This document shows positions 25,101 to 34,800 of a DNA stretch of 64,000 bases, piece after piece (position 1 is the stretch's first letter; each line of letters opens with the position of its first letter). The notes under the pieces are model-generated. The model was not told the origin of the DNA. It searched no databases and worked only from the letters and a program-made list of their open reading frames with translations. Origin of the DNA: Antedon mediterranea (lineage: Eukaryota; Animalia; Echinodermata); contig NC_092677.1 of NCBI RefSeq assembly GCF_964355755.1, positions 10,934,101-10,998,100 of the forward strand, in the 5' to 3' direction. A program made the position numbers and the translations under genes.

Positions 25101-28100
25101 CAATTTCAAAATTCCTTTAGCTTCTGGAATGAATTTGTACGTCTGAATACCAATATCACCTCCCATATAAACAATCGGTACATCTTGTCCATCAACTGTT
25201 TCCATCTCTACTTTCATGTCAGCAATGTTTACATGTTCAAAAGTTATAGAACTTTCCAGGTTTGCGAAGATATGCTTATAAAGCATTGTTCCAATTGGTA
25301 GCCTGTAGCTGCCAATGACGTCACCGGTTGAAGACCGGATTAACAGTGTATGAGTGTCTTTGGAAAGTGGTACGAAGGATAACGATAGTGAATTCTGTTG
25401 TAGAGTACATTGTGTATCGAGAACAACGCCAGACGGTGACAGAATACATCCAGATAGTGATGAAAGTTCTGAAGAAGTATTGGTGTCATCTAAACGGAAC
25501 GATACCTGTGACTGGACATTGGCAAACGCTGGATGCGATGTAACAAGAATCCGAACGACATTAACTTCAACTTCCATACAATGCTGAGACTCCTCTCCAA
25601 CGCACATTGACACGGTGTATGCCCCGGCATGACATGGTAGAAAACGAACTTCATACGTGCCATCGTTGTTGTCAATGACGTCACAGTGTAATGCTCGTTC
25701 CTGTACATTACTGAACACACAAGCGCTGAATGTCATTCCGCCGAGTACGCAGTGAGTTCCATTAGGACTGAATGTGATCACCTTTAAACGGTAATTATAA
25801 CCAATACCACCAATGCCGTGTTCAACCTTGGTCTTATGCGGTGCCATGGATACCATCTTCAAGACTGCTGTCTGATCTACCTCTTCCATAATATCTTCCA
25901 TTTTGGCAGAGTTCCAAAGAAAAAAATAATCAGACGATAACAAATTTAAATCTGATTGAACGTTACACTCTGAATTCATTTGAGAATGCTCATTACTTTT
26001 GTTCATCCAGTTCTTTTCAATTAATTCGTACTCTTGTCTGATATCTTTTTCCAATTTAGTCTGATGTGTCACTACCTCTTGTAAAAGACACTCACGTCGT
26101 TCTCGTAATGTCGCTTGAAATTTTATAAAGAATTTGTTGATTTCATGAATAGTATCGTTAGCTTTTGTCGATATAATTTTGCATAGAGCTTCCATATGTT
26201 GCATTGATTGCACAACAGTGACATATTTTTCAGAAGATGATATTCTTGATACACGTTTTTTAAACATGTCTACCTCCTCTAACATGTCGACCTCTGACAT
26301 GTCGTCCTCTGACATGTCGTCCTCTGACATGTCGTCCTCTGACATGGTTACTTCTAACACGTCATCCTCCGAATTGACAAGGTCTAGTCCAGTTGAAACG
26401 TCATTCAATGTTTTTAGTTGTACATTGTCACTTACGTTATTGTCATCACCCTTTTTCTTATGAAAACGGGCACAAGCTTTATTTCTTGCGGCATATTCTT
26501 CTTCTGCCGTAGCACCAAACGTTGGTCTACGTGACGTCAAAGTGTCTGGTTGTTTCTTCCCTCTACGATTTACTTTACTGATGAAGGCGCCTCGTTTTCT
26601 TGGGTTATCTGTTCGGTAGACATCGGGTACAACATCGTTGTCGTTATTGTTATCAACATGGCTTCCCTGTTGCAGTTGAACTTCAGTCCGAGCATGATTT
26701 CTTGCGAGATATTCCTTTTCTGCCGTAGCACCAAATGTTGGTCGACGTGACGTCAAAGAAAGGGGAGGTTCATGCTTTGATGCATTACCAGAGTTCTTTA
26801 TCTTAGTAACTATTCCACGTTTACGATACATCCTTGAGAGTATTACTGTTCAGTACAAACTTAGACCTACTCGTATATTGTGGAATGATAGGCTACCGAC
26901 ATCGACACACTACGCTTTCCTTAACTCTACACAATCGCGGCACTTAGTAGGCTATACCATAAATAGTTTGACAGAAGTGTATGCCTATTGTCTATTAAAA
27001 GGTGGCAATACAGATCATCCGGTATCCTGCTTACCGGAAGGTCTTCACCTCGGGTAGGAAACGTATCAAATATTACGAAGTGTCAATGCCTGGCACTGGC
27101 CGCATGACATCATCATTTCCACGCGTGGTTTCTTTTATAGTCACTGTCATCTGATTTCTATCACATACGCCAAATTTAAATAATATGGCTATTATCTTTA
27201 TCTGATTTAATTTAAGAAATATTTGAACCGTAACAATGAAATAAGCTGATGGGGCAAGAACCCATATGACACCATACGATACCATATGACGCCTACGATA
27301 TCATAAAGCTCGGTTCAAAAAGCCTTTGTGGCATAAACGCGATGGATGTATCACTTAATATCAGTTTCATATAAATATTTTGGGTATTTTTTGTTAACTG
27401 TCCGGTTATTTCCCCGATCACTATTTAGAAATAGATTTATCACCAATGACTTGCAGAATTAATTACATAAGCAGGATATTCTAAAATATGGGACCTTAGA
27501 ATGCACAGCATTATGGAAATACGGAAAGATTAATCCCCGAATATAGCCGGTACATTCAAACTTACTTATTTTGTGATGATATATGTATATTTATGCTTGT
27601 TTAACCTAAATATGTTAATTTGTATATATAAATATTTGTACTACAAATGGAGAGAGGCATTATATACCAATAGATATTTGGTCCTCTCTCCTTCATCTTT
27701 TTTTTTTGTAATGTATTATACCATATGGACAATTGTCTGAAATAAAAAAGTTGAATTGAAAAATATTCGTTATGCCCAGGGGCGTCTAAATAATCGTTAT
27801 GCCCAGGGGAGTCTAATAAACGTTATATAGCCAGGGGCGCATAAACAATAGTCACGCCCAGGGGCGCCTAAATAATCGTTATGCCCAGGTATTAAGCGGT
27901 GGATCTCTCAGAGAATTTCATAAAGGGCTAGGGCCAACCTTATTAAGCTTACCTCTCTTACTGTGTTTTGGAGACATGGTACTAGAGTTTCATTTCCACC
28001 TTCAACTTTTAATGGACCTAGAATCAAACATATATACATGATATTAAAATCTAACCACATATTGTGAGCCGCAATGATTATACGATATCTTGAAGTGTTC

Positions 28101-28590
28101 TCAGAAGATCAAACAAGGAAATGACTATATCATATCGCACATACATCGAATACTGTATTACTATTTACAAATACAATCAAGCTCTGTCTACACTAGCAAA
28201 CTTTATGCGACAACAATGTGATGTGCCCATATATGGACATGATGATATCATATCACTACCATATTTGGGTATATCTCTACCATACTTGGGCACATCAAAC
28301 TGGTTTTATAGTGTAGAGAGAGCATTATAGTCATCACCAATTCAGAATTTAATTGTATATTAACTTGGCGGTAGGCCGATTTTTCTGCTGTTTAATTACA
28401 AACATTTATTCCATATTTGCAGTTTTTAGGGTAATACAGTAATAATTCTATATTGGGGTGGATATAGCCCCTTTTCGTTACCTGATATGTATACAATAGC
28501 TCCCGCTTCTGCCAGGGCGATAGCCACGGCTTTCCCGATGCCGTCAGCGGCTCCAGTCACCACGCAAATTTTACCTGATAGTGGTACCAT
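16183..28590 (-). CDS. DHRS1: DHRS1-like short-chain dehydrogenase/reductase, ~306 aa. Coding exons 28590-28482, 28017-27953, 19154-19011, 18378-18299, 18133-18001, 17755-17651, 17021-16952, 16397-16183
   Basis: The spliced reading gives MVPLSGKICVVTGAADGIG (TGxxxGIG Rossmann motif), GGICIPVECDH..LDVLVNCAF, PFWQASLELWD, NVSS..YGINKAACDRMTEDCSREL (YxxxK) and GETPQFVAK. GT-AG junctions keep the frame (921 nt total). AATAAA lies on the minus strand at 16090-16095. The exon 6 donor is the least certain boundary. Confidence 0.88.
16540..16602. repeat. Short tandem repeat, ~21-22 bp x3 (CGTACTCAACGAATATTTGAGG)
   Basis: Three adjacent near-identical copies in the last DHRS1 intron. Confidence 0.7.
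18504..18713. mobile_element. MITE-like element with imperfect TIRs (GCGTGGTTCCCACTAGC family)
   Basis: Left end ggcttggttgccaatagcgacggaac, right end gttgcgttgctagtgggaaccacgct. Related sequence occurs at 18795-18850 and 63726-63905 (gcgtggttcccactagcgacgcaac; taatccatcgcttgtgattggtc). Confidence 0.6.
19712..22795 (-). CDS. Intronless RING-less TRIM-NHL-like protein (B-box, 3 internal ~65-aa repeats, coiled coil, ~4 filamin/Ig-like repeats, NHL propeller), nested in the DHRS1 intron
   Basis: Uninterrupted >3-kb ORF; first true ATG is 22795 (MYRVNT). Motifs: B-box-like CNICHDNHAIAWCDTC..ICSSCKECHTSGH, filamin signature IIDNHNGTYTICFLP..VGEHTIKV, NHL-like blades SDICVTEDGRIIVADT, PSALCV, WPSDVCF, HPIAVTVDS. 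Confidence 0.85.
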   Translation of the reverse strand: MYRVNTSQKSQPGQVEYPRINKCNICHDNHAIAWCDTCIKKICSSCKECHTSGHNVTLYNFANDEFIKQNSGHMKAPSDESDVRALKQKPYKKLDIRRFDSFSATSKEDVHLKIQKQKDGVNRQCEKNVEKKLTNDPVKAPSDESDVGGLKQKPHKKLEIRRIDSNSETSKEDVHHKIQNKKNEVNQQSEETFADDEYVEQLTNGHLEAPPGESDVGGQEQKPYKKLEIRQIDSNSETSKEDLYYKIEKKKDEVNNQCEETLKMINGRFNKLIDVLQKRKESLRDEVSKTRLKIHNVIDDEYETTKKQTMTTHQQLVRSQSRSRSPFVTTDYIINWNSECFDDFTNEVNNIAGSINFCSFVPSLTELKGCTAAVVGKLCKLQLKTFDRDRNVCKFGGIKFTAEVHTPTTESHKCKIIDNHNGTYTICFLPLNVGEHTIKVRVPYTRLSDTTHTLQGHVDCYDVILISSHAYFGKESQVKFEVVGTKSLDLKKFDIRVHSDETNVVVSTCKFHEMAASVTFTPRSLDPYTLVISDQEEEKVKHFKVPVKECAMRTSFAYVENVVKFGKTPGVKTSIRIASPEDVNMPFELTSVDNKSSLMATFFPESNGIFKIFISERKLKEFVLECKVGSLMVDVRGALVDGTCDVMVYALDCCGFIQKQLDYIPTFSANIKSPDGFSQVCDVSFTGNSWTISFFPTTIGCHTLDIKVNNASFRYSSITVDVSDHLQFDGGPSSEFFGKVSDICVTEDGRIIVADTAQNNRVVLLDAAGRFHSNIQVQTRDVSLITSVDLKLYVLFVLKKVLEVYDVQTHKMLYSVRVTSIASPSALCVNKITNELLVSDTESKCVYVMDPVTGGENRRLSLPEALQWPSDVCFSEKGFMYVCDTDSKVVFRVNMKDSCLDIKRFGDFGEQHPIAVTVDSKNQTLVLLREQEVHVYHNDDTLIEVIQVHGEISRRNKLYVSPDGCCCFIKTNEMENCLRKYRYTSVEKKAACFRRVKKRTRKLERCNANVFNRPSKLLSRFEPNINN
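23754..26831 (-). CDS. Intronless paralogue: low-complexity N-terminus, coiled coil, ~4 filamin/Ig-like repeats, NHL propeller; no RING or B-box; nested in the DHRS1 intron
   Basis: 1025-aa ORF with the filamin motif VIDNNDGTYEVRFLP..AGAYTVS. It shares GG.SSEFFG..SDIC, RFHS.I.V.TRDVSLI, L.WPSDVC and ENCLRKY.Y.S.EK with the neighbouring ORF. Confidence 0.85.
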   Translation of the reverse strand: MYRKRGIVTKIKNSGNASKHEPPLSLTSRRPTFGATAEKEYLARNHARTEVQLQQGSHVDNNNDNDVVPDVYRTDNPRKRGAFISKVNRRGKKQPDTLTSRRPTFGATAEEEYAARNKACARFHKKKGDDNNVSDNVQLKTLNDVSTGLDLVNSEDDVLEVTMSEDDMSEDDMSEDDMSEVDMLEEVDMFKKRVSRISSSEKYVTVVQSMQHMEALCKIISTKANDTIHEINKFFIKFQATLRERRECLLQEVVTHQTKLEKDIRQEYELIEKNWMNKSNEHSQMNSECNVQSDLNLLSSDYFFLWNSAKMEDIMEEVDQTAVLKMVSMAPHKTKVEHGIGGIGYNYRLKVITFSPNGTHCVLGGMTFSACVFSNVQERALHCDVIDNNDGTYEVRFLPCHAGAYTVSMCVGEESQHCMEVEVNVVRILVTSHPAFANVQSQVSFRLDDTNTSSELSSLSGCILSPSGVVLDTQCTLQQNSLSLSFVPLSKDTHTLLIRSSTGDVIGSYRLPIGTMLYKHIFANLESSITFEHVNIADMKVEMETVDGQDVPIVYMGGDIGIQTYKFIPEAKGILKLQVKDDDDLALCTNIHVGSLLVDVKGAVVNGTCTVIVNACDCSGFPLNDAIEDVQLTAQLSNLDGCTVNCDILLQTGSWQISYIPKSIGFYHMMLFLDGVVFRESPIQIEVNKHVEIFGGSSSEFFGIASDICTSVDGDTYIADTVESNRIVILDPDSRFHSSIPVKTRDVSLIAINYSGTKIYVLCIIKKIMEVYDIQTHKCLFSTSMDGIGAPSALILDRYDNTLLISDTEKKCIFVIDPENFKEDYRITPLDAPLKWPSDVCVDKKGILYVCDTDAGTVFVMNKRGAKVNKNVGSEDVLKDPVAVAIDDDNRLLVLLRTQQMCLYGNDCKLLGILKTRGSLSRRSKMQLMPDGYFIKNNEKENCLRKYHYGSIEKSTLEIRTSHRTSGRPRGRRFSSNGSLVVSSRSASSSPDSLSRLLLCLPFQFPGQDKKSRSCLDLSLLHNEE
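27765..27889. repeat. Minisatellite, ~28 bp x ~5 (ATAATCGTTATGCCCAGGGGCGTCTAA)
   Basis: Adjacent degenerate copies just inside DHRS1 intron 2. Confidence 0.75.
28180..28324. mobile_element. Harbinger/Tourist-type MITE copy (TIR AGCTCTGTCTACACTATCAAAC family)
   Basis: Degenerate TIRs and shared interior tgtgatgtgcccatatatggacat...ccatatttggg. Confidence 0.8.
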
Positions 28591-29290
28591 CGCGTCTCTA
28601 CTACTAACAAAGTCCTGAAAAGAAATATTATTGGTTAACATTATCTGTGACACAAGTGAGTATATACAGGAATTAAAACCTGCCAGAGGTAGTAGAATGA
28701 ATATGTGATTGAATATGAGAAGCCTGGTTAAACTACAATAACGTTTTAAAATAATCAGAGAGATTAAATTGTTAGATTGACATGAATTACTTGTTACAAA
28801 GTGAAGGTTTCTCCAACAATGCCTCTTTTTTGCGTTGAAAATTGTTTTTAGCAAAACAAAGAATTTTAAAATAGTTCTCTTTAGAGGTCATTTTACAATC
28901 AGGAGAACCATTTAATTGTGAAATAGAATTTAAATAAAGCGGCGAGAACAGAAAAATGAACATACCGATTCTAAATTCGGCCGCACATCGAGGCAAGGCG
29001 ACATAGATTCACTAATCAGCGCCGGTTAATCAGTAGGCTATGTTTCCAATATCAGGCTACCAGTAAGAAAACAAAAACGCTCATAAAATACCAAAAAACG
29101 GATGGAAACACCCATAAAGCAGCTGTATGCTATGAATTTATTTTAAAAATCGATTATCAAACTAATATTTGAGTAAAGGTTTCATTGTCAAATGTTACAA
29201 TACATCATATAATGAAACGTATTCATTATTAGGCCTATATAATTAACGGCATTGCTTGCTTAGCTTCCTTATACTATGGTGGAGCAATGC

Positions 29291-29535
29291 TCTTCAATAA
29301 AACTCGGAAGATAGGCCTAACCATACGTTAGAACAAGTTGTGATCCCGATAATGATCGGGTCTACTACTAGTATGCCTAGAACATTATACAAATAAATCG
29401 GTCCGAAATGGTCTTCAATAAAACTCGGACGATAGGCCTATCCATACTTTAGAACAAGTTGTGATCCCGATAATAATCGGGTCTACTTCTAGTAGTTATA
29501 CTGTACAAATAAATCGGTGCGGAATGGTCTTTTAT
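29291..29535. repeat. Tandem duplication of a ~121-bp unit
   Basis: tcttcaataaaactcgga.gataggccta.ccatac.ttagaacaagttgtgatcccgataat.atcgggtctact occurs at 29291 and 29412. Confidence 0.8.
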
Positions 29536-30258
29536 AAAATTCTACATAATACTACGCCGCTCGCGAGTAGTTATTGGGGAGATGGAACACGCAATATATA
29601 CGGTTAATCCTATTAGAAATTATGGATATTCTACGAAACAGTAGAATCTGTTATTTTGGGGCACTTTCCTGTGAAACGAACGTGATGGAATATGTATGTA
29701 CAGTATATCTCCACTCCAAAATCGTATACAGGTATCAACGGAAGTGATATAAACATATCCTTTGTCATATACGTATAAAGTAAATGTAATATATTGATTA
29801 TTGATATATTCTGTCGGTCTATTGTATTACCTAACACGTTCCTTACGTATACATAAATAAAACAAACATAATTAATATCTACCTACCAAACTGTTAAGGT
29901 CACCGTAGACTACGATCGAGTTTGAATCAGTGGGCCACAAATGGGTGCGACTTCTTCCCAGGAGTATTACATACTATTGGGCGCAATGGGTGCGACTTTT
30001 TTGGAGTATTCCATACTATTATCACAAGAATATTATCGTCTGAAACAGGCAAGAAACGTCACACGATCAGATGATTCGAGGCAATAATTATGCAAATGAT
30101 ATATTTATAAAAGGGTTTATTATGACAAGAGATAAAGACTTGCTGGTAGGAGATAAAAATGCAAATCACAATATTAAAAAATACACTTTTATTATAGGCC
30201 TAACTGTGTACAGGAGCAAAGTTGAAAACACAGTGATGAGAGGGTGAGGTATCTCTAA

Positions 30259-30393
30259 AGCTCTGTCTACACTATCAAACTTTATGCGACAACAAATGAT
30301 GTGTGCCCATATATGAACACGATGTCATATGACTACTGTATTTGGGCACATCACACTTGTTTGTCAAACTAGTTTGATAGTGTATAAAGAGCT
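30259..30393. mobile_element. Harbinger/Tourist-type MITE copy
   Basis: agctctgtctacactatcaaac ... gtttgatagtgtataaagagct, flanked by TAA/TTA. Confidence 0.85.
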
Positions 30394-31489
30394 TTAAATT
30401 TATCGGGAAACGTGTGTGGTCATTTTTAACTTTTGTGTATATAGGCCTAACATCAAGAGTCTAGAATTATCTTAATATTTAATATTAAGAATGTGAAAAT
30501 GTGTTCCCAACTGTACCGTAATGATTGTAGTAGGTGTAAATAAACAAACGAAGTTGTTCTGTGATTGGACTAATGTTTCACATTCAAATTACGTCACGTT
30601 TCTCTCCAAAGGTCACTACGAACGGTCACTCAGTATTCAATCTGTGACATGGACAATATAGAAACCAATTATATACCAGGGTAACAATCTAGTTGTCTCA
30701 GTGACGACATATCTGGGTTTATTTAAATACGAATCTACAGCTCTTTATCCGAAAAGACATTTTATACAGCCATGTATTCACTGTACTTATTTTATTCATG
30801 ATACAACCAATTGGATCATGTTGGTACAAACACTATGCTGACTATTTTATAAGTTACTACAGTAGTATGTTTTTCTTTGTTTTTCTGTTATGTTACTCCA
30901 CCATTTAATCTTTCGATTTCATACTATAGATTCGTGTTTTATTTAGCAAATAATAAATCATACTAAATAATATTTGTTTGTACTTTCTTTATTATTACAT
31001 TACGAATACAAAACTGAATATATCTAACTATGGGGAAAGACATGCATGATCTTATGTAATGTGTGCATAATATCCAACACTTGTTAGGAATTCTATCTGC
31101 TCTGCCTCACGCATTGATAGTTACATAGTATTCATAGAACAATCATTATTAGATGATCTACATATTTATAATACTATATTATATTAGTGACAATAACAAT
31201 TACTGTACTACATAACATTTTACACATTGCACTATGTTTAAATATCACTTGATACAATATATTTGGACAAGATGAAGCAAAAAAAATGTATGGTTCATAA
31301 TATGAGAATAAATACAGCCATGTATTTTATTAGAAGTTAAGTACTGTACTTACTTGGCAAACATAATAAAACAGTAATAAATAATAATAAACCACAAAAT
31401 ATTTTGAAAACTCTAAGTGCTGTACATATTATAATTTTTTGGATAAAAAATGTATGGAAAACATACTCCCATAATGCAGCTAATAATCA

Positions 31490-31660
31490 GCGCAAAGTTG
31501 TGTCTTTACCTTACCAGGTACAACCCATTTGCACACCTGGGCAGAGAGGGGCAAACGTACGTAAAGTGTCTTGCCCAAGGGTACACACAATGTGAAAAGC
31601 GTTTGGTTGGAACCCACAATCTCACGATCAGTAGTCCAACATACTGCTCCACACACTTGT
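31490..31660 (-). mobile_element. Degenerate SINE with a CORE-like segment
   Basis: Minus strand reads ...gattgtgggttccaacc...tgtgtacccttgggcaagacacttta...cccaggtgtgcaaatgggt, resembling a degenerate B-box plus a CORE-SINE-type core. Confidence 0.5.
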
Positions 31661-31850
31661 ATGTATGTTAGAAAATAGTATGTCCACAATTTTTAAGTTA
31701 AATATAAGTTGGGTATACTTGGGTACAGTATATTTAAAATTGGATTTACTATTTTTTTGTGTATGTATATAAATATATAAATATATAAATATTAAAAATA
31801 TGTATCCCTTGTTTCATAAACATGTTTACTATACCTATGCAGAACATGTT

Positions 31851-34800
31851 TCATTTGATAAATAGCCGATAAGCACCAAGCATTAACGTAACCGAACCTA
31901 GTAGCGTCGCTGAAAATAAAAGAAAAAACGCTTTGTGACTACTTTTAATTATTATTCTTTCTAAAATATTAATTGAATTACTATGTTAATACTGTAATTA
32001 CTTAAAACTCTGTTTAGAAATAGCTAATTTTAATTGTGTCTTTTGTGCCCATATATTCAAATAACAGTCCACTTGTCATAATAATATTCGGTTTTTTTTC
32101 ACATTGACAATAGACTACGGTTTCCGATAAAATATATTTTTTTCATACACAAGTAAGACAGCAAGTAACAATTACGGATAAACTAATCATTTTTACCAAC
32201 TAAGTCTCATTTTTGGCTTTGTTCGTGGAGAAGAAACAGTACTAGGCCACTCGGGATTGAACCCTGACACTAGGTCAGGATTGAACCCCGACACTAGGTC
32301 AGGATTAATGAACCCTGGCACTAGGTCAGGATTGATTAACCCTGGCACTAAGTCAGGATTGATGAACCCTGACACTTAATCAGGATTAATCCCTAACATT
32401 AGGTCAGGATTGAACCCTGGACCTTGGGATTGGAAGGCAAGCCTGTTAACTACCAAGCTACAGCTCCACTACAAGGAATAATGAAGCCACAAGCGATTGG
32501 TGTGACATTAAAGCAAGCAACATGTGATCTTCATGAAAACATCGCATTATTTATTTCCATTATAATAATAAATAATGAATAGTATTATTTATTCTCAATA
32601 TCCAAACAGGCTGGGCTAATCACTTTTGCTTTCCTTTGGAGTCTTATAATAAATCCTAATAATGCCAACAAATACAAACATAACATCATTTGTGATTTAA
32701 AAAATTTAAAATCTTACCTCCAAAATATTTCAATGATTCAAACTTAGTGGCTTCCATCTTTGCGTTCAGATTCGCTATTTCTGTCGTGATCCTATTATTT
32801 GTATTTTTTATATCTTGTTCAGATACATTATTCTGAAAATATTCAAAACACAATTCAAAATACATTCATTCAGTCACATGTTTTTTCGTTACTTTATTTA
32901 TTTGTTTTGATTCAGTTTAGATTTTCTTACCGCTTCTTTCGCTCTGCTCTTCTCTAAATTTATGTCTAAACTAAATGCATTTTTAAGTTTCACTACTTCA
33001 TCCTGAAATGTGAGAAGATAAATGTACAAATAATCACAAAAAAATAACACTAATAATGAAATTGACTGATAAAACCATATCAAACTATAAACACTACAAG
33101 TAGTAGTAACCTTGGCAATTAAATTTTTTTTAAATAAAACATAATGCTGATACAAATTATTAAAAAATAATCATTTTTAAATTTTAAAAATATTAGAAAA
33201 AAAACCAACTCACTTTTAATTGTACTCTAAGCTGTTGTACTTCTATTGCCAATTTCTGTAAAAAATATAAATTTATTAATAGATTAGTTGAGGTTAAAGT
33301 TCAAACAGATGCTTGACTGTCATTGTTTCATACTTTGGATAGGCAATTAAATAAAGTTGAACCAATATTAAGTGTTAATAGTGGTGTCTCCTGAATAGAG
33401 GTTGACCGTAGTATTAAAACATATATTTATCATTGTTTACTTCATAGGAAGGTGTCCCTTGAACGGGATGTCCCATAGGTGTAGATCTACTGTGTGTGGA
33501 TTGGTGGCTGACATGGAATTGTGCTATAATAACTACTATGGTTGTAACTAGAAGTTTACGAGAACCATCAAACTAGTGAATTGATAATGATCTCTGTGAC
33601 CCGATTGTGACGTAGAGTATACAGTTGAGAATTAACCACCCAAAGAAATTGATCAAAAAACACAATTTACCATTCTAACATAGCCAAATGGCTCAGGGGC
33701 AATTAAAAGGTGTCCCAGCTAGAATGGAGTGAGTATAGGTTTGGGAAAGTTTGGGTTAGTGGTTTTACAATATAGATTTTTCAATAACAAACCTCATTTT
33801 CACCCTTGAGAGCAGAGAACTGGCTTTTTTCTAAGATCACCATATCTTTCTTAACAGCAGCAATTTGCGCCATTACCTGTTGTAACATTATTTCCTACGA
33901 AAAACAAAATGATACTTTTGATTGATTTGTAATCATTTCAATACAATTTAATTTACCAGTTCTAACCTTTATGTGAGAAAAAATGTGATGTGCCCATATA
34001 TGGACATGGTTATATTTTTTTAAATTTTATGTCTTTAGGCAATGTGGTCAAGGATTACCAATAATGAATTAATCACTGTCCTATCAGATAGGTGGTAATC
34101 CCCCTGATACAGGGGCTATTGTGTGAACCAGTTTACCGGGGTAACCCCCTACTGTTCTCGAATAATGAACTGGGTTCTTTAAAGTACACACAGGTTATAA
34201 CTGTGTACACTGGACCTACGGTTTATAGTCCTTATCCGAGAAGACTTGTTCCACCACCAGAACTAGGAGCGAGTCGGCCTCGAACCCTTGCCGATGTTGT
34301 TGGCTCTTTAGGTACGGTAAACGGCGCCCCTGCCTTAACCGCTTGGCCATATGACTCGTTCAATCTGATCATATCTCTAACATATTTGGGGACATCACAC
34401 TTTATTTGACAAAGCTTTAAAATATAATTCCTTCAGTCTTGCCATTAAAATTTGAAAACTTATCTTTATAAGATTAACTTTTCAATGCATATAAAACTGG
34501 ATCTAAAACCAAAAAATAAAAATTAGTGTTCAAAAGTGCTATATCGATTCTAAATAAGGATATTTGGTTCATGTCACGGGTGAGCGGTTTAGTGAAAGTT
34601 GATTGTACATACCTGTTGTTCCTTGGTAACCATGTCCTTGCCCTGAAGCTCTGCAACCCTTTGCATTAATTGATTTAATATGGAAGTAACACATTCAGAC
34701 TGAACGCGATTTAACCCTGCAAAAGAAAGGCATATTTTCACATCATATGGTACACAAATATTTAAGTACATTTTACATTGGAAACTTAAAAGTCTAACTG

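Noticed and set aside
20112-26750. Plus-strand ORFs overlapping the two long genes
   Set aside because: They are antisense shadows of real coding sequence with no independent motifs.
19712-26831. Viral or transposon origin of the two long intronless ORFs
   Set aside because: No transposase, RT, integrase or capsid motifs, and no TIR/LTR/TSD was seen around them; the domains are cellular TRIM-NHL-like.
26820-27953. In-frame fusion of DHRS1 exons 1-2 to the nested ORF
   Set aside because: The nearest AG acceptors upstream of ATG 26831 give a stop (cag|TAA) or a frame mismatch with the phase-0 donor.
34270-34357. tRNA gene
   Set aside because: A and B boxes are present, but no convincing cloverleaf, and it continues into a repeated SINE body.
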